DNA of 62,953 nucleotides from an uncultured Candidatus Saccharibacteria bacterium (GTDB lineage Bacteria; Patescibacteriota; Saccharimonadia; Saccharimonadales; JACDBH01): NCBI GenBank assembly GCA_964490245.1, contig CAZBAF010000007.1, positions 1 to 62,953 of the forward strand, read 5' to 3'. Shown piece by piece: positions 8,531 to 17,595 of this stretch (position 1 is its first letter; each line of letters starts with the position of its first letter). The notes under the pieces were generated by a model. It saw only the letters and a program-made list of their open reading frames with translations, ran no database searches and was not told where the DNA came from. The position numbers and the translations under genes were made by a program.

Positions 8531-8558
8531 AAAAAACCGGCTTATGCAGCCGGTTTTT
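8531..8558 (+). terminator. rho-independent terminator (bidirectional shape)
   Basis: aaaaaaCCGGCT-tatgc-AGCCGGttttt: GC stem 8537-8542/8548-8553, T-run 8554-8558, A-run upstream. Confidence 0.7.
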
Positions 8559-8614
8559 ACTTACCAAACTGCCTGCCCTAAAAGCGATACCGGTATAAAA
8601 TCGCACCAACACTT

Positions 8615-9958
8615 TTACTTGGGCACGTCTTTGCTGTCAATGATCCGCTGCGGCAATGTAGGCCTTACCTCTAATCCACTCAGTGTAACTATTGTGCTGC
8701 CCTGTTTGGCCTGACGGTATGTATCCCGCTCTTCCTTGCTCCTAAAATAACCCCAGTACTCGCGCCCACTCGGTTTTCTGTCTAATGTATCGGCAAGTTT
8801 ACCGACAAAATGCTGTGCTACATCTATGATATAGATTTCCCCGTCCGGTGCCATGTAGCGGCTCCATTCATGTGCCCCATAGCCTAAGTCGCTCTGGTTT
8901 ACCTCAGTGGTAAATTTTCCTCTGACGAGCCCTTGCTTGTATGCCTCGCCGCCTAGCCATGCAGCTGTCAGTGCCATATGGCGACAAACGCCCTTACCTG
9001 CAGCCAAGTAATTATTGAGCGCAGCCTTGCGGCTTTCAGGACTTGCCGACCTTACATCCTGTGCTTCTTTCTTTACAAACTCCAGATCATACTGCAAAGT
9101 TTCGTGTACAGAACGATAAATGGCTTTAAGAACATCCTCCTCCTGGATGTGTCCTCCCTGGCGCGCCGAAATTTCCTTATGTAAGTTTGCGACAAAAAGG
9201 TCACGTAGCTGATTAAATTCTTCAGGATATTTCTTGCTATCCACAACAATTGCCTCCTTACCGGCAACCCAGGAACGGATATCAACGTGCCCGTCAATTG
9301 GAAAAGTATCACGGCCTATGGTTGGACGACCGCCAAACTCACTTCTTCCACCGTCACTCTGCTCTTTAAGCAATCCGCGACGACGCGCAGCTTCTTCAGC
9401 GGATACTGTATGTGTGGCCGTGTAATCATACTTATCTTCGGGACTCACTTTTTTGCCCCGAAAGGCGCTTCCATTGGTTGAGGTGTCCTTGAGCTTAAGT
9501 CCTTCAGGTGTAAGTGTCACGGTGAGGTGCTTTCTTGAAATGTGCACATCATCGAGACTCCGCCCGCCCAAAGAGTGCATGTGAGCGCCTGAACCACGGC
9601 CAATTACGACTGACTCACTGGGGTTTAATGAGCGCCAGTGGCCTGTGGCTATAGACTGACCTTTCTCATCTTTAGCAAGTTCTACAAGAAATATTTTGCC
9701 TCGGGATGTGGTGCCTGAACGAACAAAGGCCATCTCTCCAAAAATACCTCCGTCACCCCCTATCGCTGCCTCACCAATAATTTCTATCTGTTCGCCATTC
9801 ATAGACTGACGCGGCAAGCCGATCTCCGCTGGATCATACAAACTACCCTGCGTGTCCAGTATTACCTCTTCATGGTGCAACGATTGAAGCTGCAGATCGC
9901 GGCGCGCTTCTGCCTGAAGAAGGGTTATTGGATTGAATTTTGGATCTGCTTCTGGCAT
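8615..9958 (-). CDS. FHA-domain protein fused to a transglutaminase/EDR1-like papain-fold cysteine protease core
   Basis: 447 aa. FHA signature VVIGRGSG ... VHISRKHLTVTLTPEGLKLKDTSTNGSAFRG. C-terminal Cys-His-Asp pattern GKGVCRHMALTAAWLG ... GAHEWSRYMAPDGEIYIIDVAQ. No signal peptide. Visibly lower GC than neighbours. Confidence 0.7.
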   Translation of the reverse strand: MPEADPKFNPITLLQAEARRDLQLQSLHHEEVILDTQGSLYDPAEIGLPRQSMNGEQIEIIGEAAIGGDGGIFGEMAFVRSGTTSRGKIFLVELAKDEKGQSIATGHWRSLNPSESVVIGRGSGAHMHSLGGRSLDDVHISRKHLTVTLTPEGLKLKDTSTNGSAFRGKKVSPEDKYDYTATHTVSAEEAARRRGLLKEQSDGGRSEFGGRPTIGRDTFPIDGHVDIRSWVAGKEAIVVDSKKYPEEFNQLRDLFVANLHKEISARQGGHIQEEDVLKAIYRSVHETLQYDLEFVKKEAQDVRSASPESRKAALNNYLAAGKGVCRHMALTAAWLGGEAYKQGLVRGKFTTEVNQSDLGYGAHEWSRYMAPDGEIYIIDVAQHFVGKLADTLDRKPSGREYWGYFRSKEERDTYRQAKQGSTIVTLSGLEVRPTLPQRIIDSKDVPK

Positions 9959-10031
9959 TTTTTATTTTATTTAAACAACTTTCATAATAGCATAATCTTT
10001 ATAATAAGTCAATATCTTGGTCGCAGCAAGG

Positions 10032-10059
10032 AAAAGCACCCCTGGAATGAGGGGTTTTT
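10032..10059 (-). terminator. putative bidirectional terminator after the receiver gene
   Basis: aaaagcACCCC-tggaatga-GGGGTtttt; short 5-bp GC stem flanked by A- and T-runs. Confidence 0.45.
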
Positions 10060-10075
10060 GGGTTGTGGCCGCTAA

Positions 10076-10486
10076 CTAAACGCCCAGGTGCAGTTTGACG
10101 CGTTCGATAACGTCCGCAATCACTACCTGTGATTTGACCAAGTAATCGTCAACACCCATTTCGGTCGCTTTTTGACGGTCGGCCTCCTGGCTGAGCGCTG
10201 TAAGGATAATGATCTTGATATTGACCGTCTCTGGCGTATTGCGCAGAATATCCAGCACATCAAAGCCGCTGACTTTTGGCATCATAACGTCCAGGATAAT
10301 CAGATCGGGCCGGAACTCCATGGCTGCCGCCAGCGCATCCTCGCCGTTGGGCACACGGCGCACCTCGAACCCCTCGGCGTCCAGGCGGGCGATATAGACC
10401 TGAGCCAGGCCTTCGTCATCTTCTACCAACAGAATTTTTTTGCGCTTTTGCGCCAAAGCAGCATCGGTGTTTTCTTCCATAAGCAT
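10076..10486 (-). CDS. single-domain CheY-like response regulator (canonical)
   Basis: ILLVEDDEG ... DLIILDVMMPKVSGFDVL ... IIILTA ... DDYLVKS. All phosphorylation residues are present. Start moved to an internal Met (MLMEEN) because the ORF-track 5' extension is hydrophobic and abuts the pyrG stop. Confidence 0.8.
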   Translation of the reverse strand: MLMEENTDAALAQKRKKILLVEDDEGLAQVYIARLDAEGFEVRRVPNGEDALAAAMEFRPDLIILDVMMPKVSGFDVLDILRNTPETVNIKIIILTALSQEADRQKATEMGVDDYLVKSQVVIADVIERVKLHLGV

Positions 10487-10518
10487 AATGGTAACTGATA
10501 GTAGCCAAAGTAGCAACT

Positions 10519-12117
10519 TTACAGCAAGGCGGACACAAAGCCGACGAACAACGGATGCGGGCGGTTGGGTCGTGACTTAAACTCGGGATGGAACTGGCTG
10601 GCCATAAAGAACGGGTGATCAATACCCTCGATGATCTCGACCAAGTGATTATCAGGACTGGTGCCGCTGGCGCGAATACCCCATGATTCGTACTGGTCGC
10701 GGTAGTCATTGTTGCATTCGTAGCGGTGACGGTGTCGTTCGGCAACCATATCCTGGCCGTACAGCGCCCGCGCCCGGCTGCCGCGCTGCAGCTTACAATC
10801 ATAATTGCCCAGCCGCATGGTACCGCCGGTGTTTTCTTTGCCGACCTGATCGTTCATGGTGGCGATGACCAGATCAGAGGCCTTTGGATCAAGCTCTTTT
10901 GAATTGGCACCGGTCAGACCGGCATTGCGGGCCGCGGCAATAACCGCCATCTGCAGCCCCAGACACAAACCCAGGTACGGAACCTTGTGCTTCAGCGCAT
11001 ACTGGGCCGCCCGTATCTTGCCCTCAAGCCCGCGATTACCAAAACCGCCGGGCACCACCACACCATCCAGCCCCTTAAGCGACTTGATCACATCGGCTTC
11101 AGTGTGCAGTTGCTCGGCGTCAACCCATACCAGTTCGGGCTTAATACGATGATGCCATGCCGCGGCATACAATGCTTCAAATACCGACATATAGGTATCC
11201 TGATTGTTGAGATACTTTGCGACAATGCCGATACGCACCGTCCTTTGATGGCCATTCTTGGCACGTTCTACAACCCTGCGCCATTCCTTAAGATCGGCCT
11301 TGCCGGCCTTAAGACCCAGCTTACGCACAATCACATCATCAATGTCCTTTGCCTCAAGCGTCAGCGGCACTTCATAAATAGTCTCGGCGTTCGACAGTAG
11401 AACAATGGCGTCTTTATCAACACCGCTATATAGACTCAGCTTGTTGATGAGCCCCGAGGGCGCCACACCCTCCGAGCGTGCCACCAGCACATCCGGCACA
11501 ATACCCAAGCCCCGCAGTTCGCGGACCGCATTCTGGGCCGGCTTGGTCTTAAACTCCTTGCTTGCACCCAGATACGGCATGTACACCACATGGACAAACA
11601 GGCAGTTCTCACGCCCGACCCGCATGGCCAGCTCACGGATGGCCTCTATAAAGCTCAGACCCTCATAGTCGCCGACTGTGCCGCCGATCTCAACGATGTG
11701 CACGTCAAAACCCTCTGCTGTGGCCTGGATCTCGTCCTGAATGGCAGAGGTTACATGCGGTATAAACTGCACAGTTTTGCCTAAATATTTACCCGACCGC
11801 TCGTCAGCGATGACCCGCTGCAGCACGCGGCCGCTCATAAACGAGCTGGCCTGCGTCAGCTCAATGTCCAAAAACCGCTCGTAATGACCCAGGTCAAGAT
11901 CGGTCTCGGCGCCGTCTTTGGTGACAAAACATTCGCCGTGCTCGGCCGGGTTGAGCGTGCCGGCATCGACGTTCAGATACGGATCACACTTTTGGATGTT
12001 AACAGAAAGCCCGCGGGATTTAAGCAACCGGCCGATTGAGGCGGCGGTAATACCCTTTCCTACACCGGAAAGCACTCCACCCGTCACAAACACATATTTA
12101 GTCGGCCGCTTTGCCAC
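10519..12117 (-). CDS. pyrG: CTP synthase
   Basis: 532 aa. N-terminal KYVFVTGGVLSGVGKGI, glutaminase GLCLGLQ and HRHRYE motifs. GTG start preceded by GGGGAG. Confidence 0.95.
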   Translation of the reverse strand: MAKRPTKYVFVTGGVLSGVGKGITAASIGRLLKSRGLSVNIQKCDPYLNVDAGTLNPAEHGECFVTKDGAETDLDLGHYERFLDIELTQASSFMSGRVLQRVIADERSGKYLGKTVQFIPHVTSAIQDEIQATAEGFDVHIVEIGGTVGDYEGLSFIEAIRELAMRVGRENCLFVHVVYMPYLGASKEFKTKPAQNAVRELRGLGIVPDVLVARSEGVAPSGLINKLSLYSGVDKDAIVLLSNAETIYEVPLTLEAKDIDDVIVRKLGLKAGKADLKEWRRVVERAKNGHQRTVRIGIVAKYLNNQDTYMSVFEALYAAAWHHRIKPELVWVDAEQLHTEADVIKSLKGLDGVVVPGGFGNRGLEGKIRAAQYALKHKVPYLGLCLGLQMAVIAAARNAGLTGANSKELDPKASDLVIATMNDQVGKENTGGTMRLGNYDCKLQRGSRARALYGQDMVAERHRHRYECNNDYRDQYESWGIRASGTSPDNHLVEIIEGIDHPFFMASQFHPEFKSRPNRPHPLFVGFVSALL

Positions 12118-12183
12118 CTCTCTTATTTCTCCCCTTTTCTACAAAAAATACTAACACAGCACTGCAGAAAAAGCTAAAGATTG

Positions 12184-12813
12184 CTAGGACAGTAGTTCAG
12201 TCGCTGGCTGCATGATGCCAGTTATCGCTGCACCAAACTTGACGGCGCGGCGCTCATTTCTCATATGATGTTCTTCCATGGAATCAAGCCATCTGCTTTC
12301 ATCGTCCCAGAACTGACTTTCTTCCAGAGGCGCACCCTGCCACACAACAGCAGGGCTGTCATCTGAGCGCCTAAAAAGAGCATTACCGCCGCCGGATGTT
12401 AGCGTACGCCGAACGCACAGATACCTATGGAACGGGCCTGAACCATCGGGCGGAGTAAGGATCTCATACTCTTCCGCTCCATGGACGATAGTATATTGGC
12501 CATCTCTTTGCATCATTTTGTTTGCTCTTTCTCTTTGCCTGAACATTTCTTCCGGAGACTTGGGTTTATTGCTTGCACGCAGCACTGTTAAGGGCCGCTG
12601 CTCATCAGCAGCCAGGACATGCTCGTGAGCAAACTCCGACTTTGGCATACGACTGTCAGTTTCGACCTCAAAGCCATTGATCTTGAACAATAGCCTCATA
12701 AAGTAGTAGATGTCCCACTTTGTTGCAACCTCAAGTCGAGGACTGAATTCGGGAACCTGCAGACCCTCCCGGCCTTTTTTGATCTGTATGCCCCGACCTA
12801 ACACTTCAGCCAT
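12184..12813 (-). CDS. hypothetical protein (orphan)
   Basis: 209 aa, no motif recognised. Own GGAGG Shine-Dalgarno 6 nt upstream of the ATG. Slightly lower GC than flanks. Confidence 0.5.
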   Translation of the reverse strand: MAEVLGRGIQIKKGREGLQVPEFSPRLEVATKWDIYYFMRLLFKINGFEVETDSRMPKSEFAHEHVLAADEQRPLTVLRASNKPKSPEEMFRQRERANKMMQRDGQYTIVHGAEEYEILTPPDGSGPFHRYLCVRRTLTSGGGNALFRRSDDSPAVVWQGAPLEESQFWDDESRWLDSMEEHHMRNERRAVKFGAAITGIMQPATELLS

Positions 12814-12866
12814 ACTCGCCTCCTCTCTTTTGCAAAGTATTGTAGCGCAATATGTGCGAGGCGCAA

Positions 12867-14090
12867 CTACCGCTTTAAGGCGTTTTTGGCGGCGTCCAGC
12901 TGAGGATCACGGCCAGCGGTGATGTCGTCGGCTGTCAGCTCGACCGCTTCATCAGGGCTGATGCCCTCTTTATCTATGTTTTTGCCGCCAGGCGTAAACC
13001 AGCGCGCAATAGTGACCTTCAGCAGGCCGCCGTCGCGCAGGTTAATAGGCTGCTGCACGCTGCCCTTGCCAAAGCTCTGCTGGCCGATCAGAGTCGCAGC
13101 ATCGTTGTCGCTCAGCGCACCGGCGACTATCTCTGAGGCGCTGGCGCTGCCCTCGTTAATCAGTACGACTGTTTTTATGCCCTGCAGCGGTGTCCGGCCC
13201 CGCGCATTTATGGTTTTGATGACTACATTGTCGCGCCGCTCGGTCAAAACTGTTTTACTGCTGTCGAGCCACAGGCTGGACACATCAATGGCGCCCTCCA
13301 GATAGCCACCCGGATTGTTGCGCAGATCAAGTACAATCCCGCGCACATTGGCCGCCTTAAACCGGTCGGCCGCCTCGCGGGCCAACCGCACCGTATCATC
13401 GCCAAAGCGGCTGATGGTTATAATGCCGATGCCGTCCTCTATCTTGGTCTCGACGCTGGGTATGTCAATCTCTTCGCGGACAATCGGTATCTCAAGCACC
13501 TCGCTGCCGCGGACAATGGTCAGCGTTACTGTAGTGCCCTTTTCGCCCCGGATTTTGTCGACGGCCTGCGAGATAGTAATGTCATAGGCACTCTCACCGT
13601 CTATCTCGGCAATGATATCTTTGGGCCTGATCCCCGCCTTCTCGGCCGGGAAACCGGCAATCGGTGACACAATTATGATATTATTTTCGGCATCTTTGCC
13701 CAGCTGCGCACCAATGCCCTCAAACACGCCGTCTATGCCATCCTGAAACTCTTTAGCCGAGGCGGCGTCCAGATATTCGGTGTATGGATCGCCCGTCGAG
13801 CGTGCCAGACCTTCTTTAAGTCCTTCAAGCAGTTGCTGCTCGCTTAAATTACCATCAAAATTTTCGCGCAGTGATCTGTAGATTGTGTCGACACTGGAAT
13901 AATCCAGCCGTGCAGGCAAAGATGAATTGCCGGACACCGGACTGAACCGGCCCACCTGCAAGCGGCCACCGCCTGTCAGCCAGCCGGCCATAAATATAGC
14001 GATTACTCCAACCGACAGCCCGCCCAGACGCATAACTTTGGCAAATATCGTTGTCTTGCGCCGTTGCCGGCGCGGATTTTCTGTGTGCAC
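12867..14090 (-). CDS. ctpA: carboxy-terminal processing protease (S41) with PDZ domain
   Basis: 407 aa. TM anchor, PDZ (PAEKAGIRPKDIIAEIDG), catalytic region VVLINEGSASASEI. Confidence 0.9.
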   Translation of the reverse strand: MHTENPRRQRRKTTIFAKVMRLGGLSVGVIAIFMAGWLTGGGRLQVGRFSPVSGNSSLPARLDYSSVDTIYRSLRENFDGNLSEQQLLEGLKEGLARSTGDPYTEYLDAASAKEFQDGIDGVFEGIGAQLGKDAENNIIIVSPIAGFPAEKAGIRPKDIIAEIDGESAYDITISQAVDKIRGEKGTTVTLTIVRGSEVLEIPIVREEIDIPSVETKIEDGIGIITISRFGDDTVRLAREAADRFKAANVRGIVLDLRNNPGGYLEGAIDVSSLWLDSSKTVLTERRDNVVIKTINARGRTPLQGIKTVVLINEGSASASEIVAGALSDNDAATLIGQQSFGKGSVQQPINLRDGGLLKVTIARWFTPGGKNIDKEGISPDEAVELTADDITAGRDPQLDAAKNALKR

Positions 14091-14151
14091 GCTGACCGCT
14101 ACCCTCTCTTAATTCAGAGGGTATTGTATCATGACCGGACTGTGCTTTTGC

Positions 14152-15354
14152 TTAGAACCGGATAAATACCAGTCCGGCAGTCGAGACATTGTAGGCTTCA
14201 GAGTATCGGCCGGTCCAGTCATGGTTAAACTGGCTAATGTTGATGGTGCCGTTCGGGTTAACCGACTCAACGTACATAACGTGACCCCAGACACCATTCT
14301 TTACCGCTACGTCACCGCGCTGGACATTATGCGGAGCGATATATTGTTTGCCGTAGACTTTGGCGTTGGCGGTATGCCAGAACGAATTGGCAGGCGTGTA
14401 GGTCTGATAGCGTGAACCCAGGCTGGCCCAGCCGTCATAGCCCCACTGCCAGGCGTTGCCGCGGCCGCCCCAGTAAGGCATCGTGCCGCCGATGCCGTCG
14501 GTTGCCACCATATAGGCCACATAGCTGACGCATTGCCGGTTGTACATGCCCCACGGGTCAACCATGGAGTCCATCGGCCGGTTACACAGATAAGCCGGAT
14601 AATTAGGGCCGCACTGGTCGACATTAGTCACGCCGCCGCCGAACAACCGGGCGTTTTCTATGGCCTGCTGACGCTTCAGCTCGCTGATGCGGGCCTGGTT
14701 TTCCTTCATCTTGTTATTGAACTCGCGCTGTTGGGCCTGGTTGTAGCCAAGCAGTCTGTTTTGCTCTGCCCTTTGCGCGGCGGTCTGGTCTTTCAGGTAC
14801 TGCTGTTCGGTGAGGATCTGTTCGATCTCGCGCTTTTTTGCCTGCAGCTCGGCCTTTAGCTGTGTAATGCGATCTACCGTGTTTTTGATCTTGTTCTTGA
14901 CGACGGTGCGGTACTGCTGTTTGTCCAGGTAGTCACTGAGGTTTTTGCTGGTGGCCAGCATCTCTATGGTGCTGATGTTGCCTTCCATGTACATGACCTT
15001 AATATTTTGGCCCAACAGATCGCGCTGCTTTGTCAGCTCCTGTTCTTTTGCCAGAATTTCATCCTCGATTGCCCTGCGCTCGCTATCCAGAATATCTATT
15101 TGCCGCTGGTACTCCTCTATTTGGGCAGTGAGCTTATTGATGGCGTCGCGGTAGTCAGCTGCTTCCATTTCGAGTGCGCTGACCTGCGCCTGCACCTGGC
15201 TGTTCTGGCGCGACAGCTCGTTGATCTGCTCCTGCAGACTTTGACCGCTGACCAAACGTACGCCGGCAAAAGAACCAACACTAAGCACCACAGCCATACT
15301 GATGATTGCGATCCGTTTGTGCACTGCCGGCTTCTGTTTAATCTGTTTTTTCAT
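14152..15354 (-). CDS. PcsB-like cell-wall hydrolase: anchor + long coiled coil + C-terminal CHAP domain (paralog 1)
   Basis: Coiled-coil heptads (QINELSRQNSQVQAQVSALEMEAADYRDAI...). CHAP Cys/His: RQCVSYVAYMV ... GDVAVKNGVWGHVMYVESV. Start set at the internal MKKQIKQK. Confidence 0.75.
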   Translation of the reverse strand: MKKQIKQKPAVHKRIAIISMAVVLSVGSFAGVRLVSGQSLQEQINELSRQNSQVQAQVSALEMEAADYRDAINKLTAQIEEYQRQIDILDSERRAIEDEILAKEQELTKQRDLLGQNIKVMYMEGNISTIEMLATSKNLSDYLDKQQYRTVVKNKIKNTVDRITQLKAELQAKKREIEQILTEQQYLKDQTAAQRAEQNRLLGYNQAQQREFNNKMKENQARISELKRQQAIENARLFGGGVTNVDQCGPNYPAYLCNRPMDSMVDPWGMYNRQCVSYVAYMVATDGIGGTMPYWGGRGNAWQWGYDGWASLGSRYQTYTPANSFWHTANAKVYGKQYIAPHNVQRGDVAVKNGVWGHVMYVESVNPNGTINISQFNHDWTGRYSEAYNVSTAGLVFIRF

Positions 15355-15425
15355 GATCGTTTTGATTTTTGTGGTCACTACTATTATTGTAGCACATACC
15401 AGACAGAAAAGCAATATGTTTATGT

Positions 15426-16595
15426 TTACTGGAAGCGAACGTATTCGAGTCCGGCTGTACTGATGACTGCCTCGCTGTAGCGTCCGTCCCAGCTGCCGTT
15501 GTACTGACTGATGCGCATCGTGCCGTTGCCATATACTTCCTCAACATACATGACGTGACCATAAGTACCGCGGGTACTGACGGCTATGTCGCCGCGCTGC
15601 GGGGTGCGGTACACCGGAATGCCGGCTGCCCGGGCGTTATTGGCCCAATTCTTGGCGTTGCCGCGGCCGCCCCAGTACGGCATATGCTTACCATCCTTCC
15701 AGACTTTCCAGGCGGCATAGCTGACACACTGGCGCTTGTACATACCCCAGGGGTCAGGAAAGGCATTGGGGAACGGCTGCACATTTGCCCACGGATAACC
15801 GGTGGTGTCGGGAATATTCATGACCCGGCCGTTGCTCCAAAGACGGGCATTCTCAATCGCCTGTTGGCGCCGGAGTTCGGCAATACGGGTATTGTTGGCC
15901 TTGATCCGGCCGTCCAGCGCACTGCGTTCAGCCTGGTTGAGCGCCAGCAGCCTGTTTTGCTCTGCCTGCTGGGCGGACAGCTGTGAACGCATGGCCTGTT
16001 GGCTCTCCAGCAGCTTCTCCCGCAGCTGCTTCTGTTCATCAAGCTCTGCCCTGATGACGCGGATCTCCTCAAGCGTCTTCTTGATTTTGTTCTGGACCGA
16101 CGTGCGATACTGCTGTTTGTCCAGGTAGTCACTGAGGTTTTTGCTGGTGGCCAGCATCTCTATGGTGCTGATGTTGCCTTCCATGTACTGGGCGCGGATA
16201 CTCTGACCGATGACGTCACGCTGGTACTCAAGCTCTTCGGTTTTTTGCTGTATCTGGGCTGCCAGCTCGTCACGCTTTTTCTCGTTTGCCTTGATTTCTG
16301 CCTGCAGCGTGTTGATTTCTGCCTGCAAGGCGGCAATGGTTTCTTCGAAATTAGCGGCCTCTACTGCCAGGTCGGATACCTCGGCCTGGGTCTGCTGATT
16401 CTGACGGTTAAGCTCGTTAATCTGCTGCTGAAGGCTTTGCGCTGCCACAAAATGCGGTGCAGCAAAGCTGGCCACTGCCAGCACCAGTACTGATGCGCCT
16501 AAAGCCAGGCGGTTCAAGCGAACCTTAGTAATTACTTTGGGTATAATCATGGATTTTGTTTTTTGTTTTTGATTGTTACTACTTGATAGTTGCAC
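15426..16595 (-). CDS. PcsB-like cell-wall hydrolase: anchor + coiled coil + CHAP domain (paralog 2)
   Basis: Same architecture: RQCVSYAAWKV ... GDIAVSTRGTYGHVMYVEEV. GTG start with GGAGG 7 nt upstream. Confidence 0.75.
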   Translation of the reverse strand: MQLSSSNNQKQKTKSMIIPKVITKVRLNRLALGASVLVLAVASFAAPHFVAAQSLQQQINELNRQNQQTQAEVSDLAVEAANFEETIAALQAEINTLQAEIKANEKKRDELAAQIQQKTEELEYQRDVIGQSIRAQYMEGNISTIEMLATSKNLSDYLDKQQYRTSVQNKIKKTLEEIRVIRAELDEQKQLREKLLESQQAMRSQLSAQQAEQNRLLALNQAERSALDGRIKANNTRIAELRRQQAIENARLWSNGRVMNIPDTTGYPWANVQPFPNAFPDPWGMYKRQCVSYAAWKVWKDGKHMPYWGGRGNAKNWANNARAAGIPVYRTPQRGDIAVSTRGTYGHVMYVEEVYGNGTMRISQYNGSWDGRYSEAVISTAGLEYVRFQ

Positions 16596-16647
16596 AGAGC
16601 AGCCTCCATTGCAACCTGCCTCCCGTCAGATTGCTGTAAATATTACG

Positions 16648-17595
16648 TTATTTAGTATTGCGCAGTTTTAAATAGCGCTGGGTTGCGATGAACGATGAAA
16701 CAAGCCCGATCAGCAGACCGATACCGACGGTGCTGGCCAGGATATACCAGAAATTATCAGCGAAAAAGCGGCCGGAATATTCGATATCAAGAAAACCAAG
16801 CGTGCTGGCGTTGAGCGTACCGGAAGCAATCGAGAAAACTGCCCGGCACAGGCCCACCGATATGAGCGCCGCCAGAACGCCGATCAGCATGCTTTCAACC
16901 AAAAACGGCCCCCGGATATACCACCGGCTGGCGCCCAACAGGCGCATGATGGACAGCTCGTCGCGGCGGTTAAAAATAGCCATCTGGATGGTGTTGAAGA
17001 TGATCAGCATCGATATCGCCGCAAAAATCAGCACGCCCGCCACACCGGCCCGCTGAAAGAACGAGGTCGCCTGAGCGATGTTATCAATGGCCTCTTTCTT
17101 GTCGCCCGAATAGGATGTATCGTCAGACTGGAGGGCGGCGACCTCCTCCTGGTCGAGAAACTCCTGAATCTCGGCAATGATGTCAGGGTTGTACAGCTTG
17201 AGCCGCAGCTGAGCCGGCAGCGGGTTGTCGGTTTCTGATACCGCCAATTGCAGGTCCACATTATCCGGGGTCATCTCGATATATTCGCGCAACGCCTGAT
17301 CTTTGCTGACATATTCGACTTCGCGGATGTTGTCGAGCTGCTGCAGCTGGCTGGCCAGATCGTTGCGCTGCTCTTCCGTGATGTCGTCCACCAGATAAAC
17401 CGACACATCAATCCGGTCACGAATATCCTGGATCGTGCGCGAGAATGTCTCGTTGGCAATAAAACTAAACAGCACAATACTGAGCGTCACCACCATCACG
17501 GCCATCGCGGCAATACTCAGCCAGGCGTTGCGAAAAAGATTTTTAAGCCCGCCCACAAACACCCGCCACAACATAATTCGACGACGGCTTTTCAT
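16648..17595 (-). CDS. ftsX: cell-division ABC transporter permease FtsX
   Basis: 315 aa. 4 TM with a large first extracellular loop. Overlaps the ftsE stop by 4 nt. Confidence 0.85.
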   Translation of the reverse strand: MKSRRRIMLWRVFVGGLKNLFRNAWLSIAAMAVMVVTLSIVLFSFIANETFSRTIQDIRDRIDVSVYLVDDITEEQRNDLASQLQQLDNIREVEYVSKDQALREYIEMTPDNVDLQLAVSETDNPLPAQLRLKLYNPDIIAEIQEFLDQEEVAALQSDDTSYSGDKKEAIDNIAQATSFFQRAGVAGVLIFAAISMLIIFNTIQMAIFNRRDELSIMRLLGASRWYIRGPFLVESMLIGVLAALISVGLCRAVFSIASGTLNASTLGFLDIEYSGRFFADNFWYILASTVGIGLLIGLVSSFIATQRYLKLRNTK

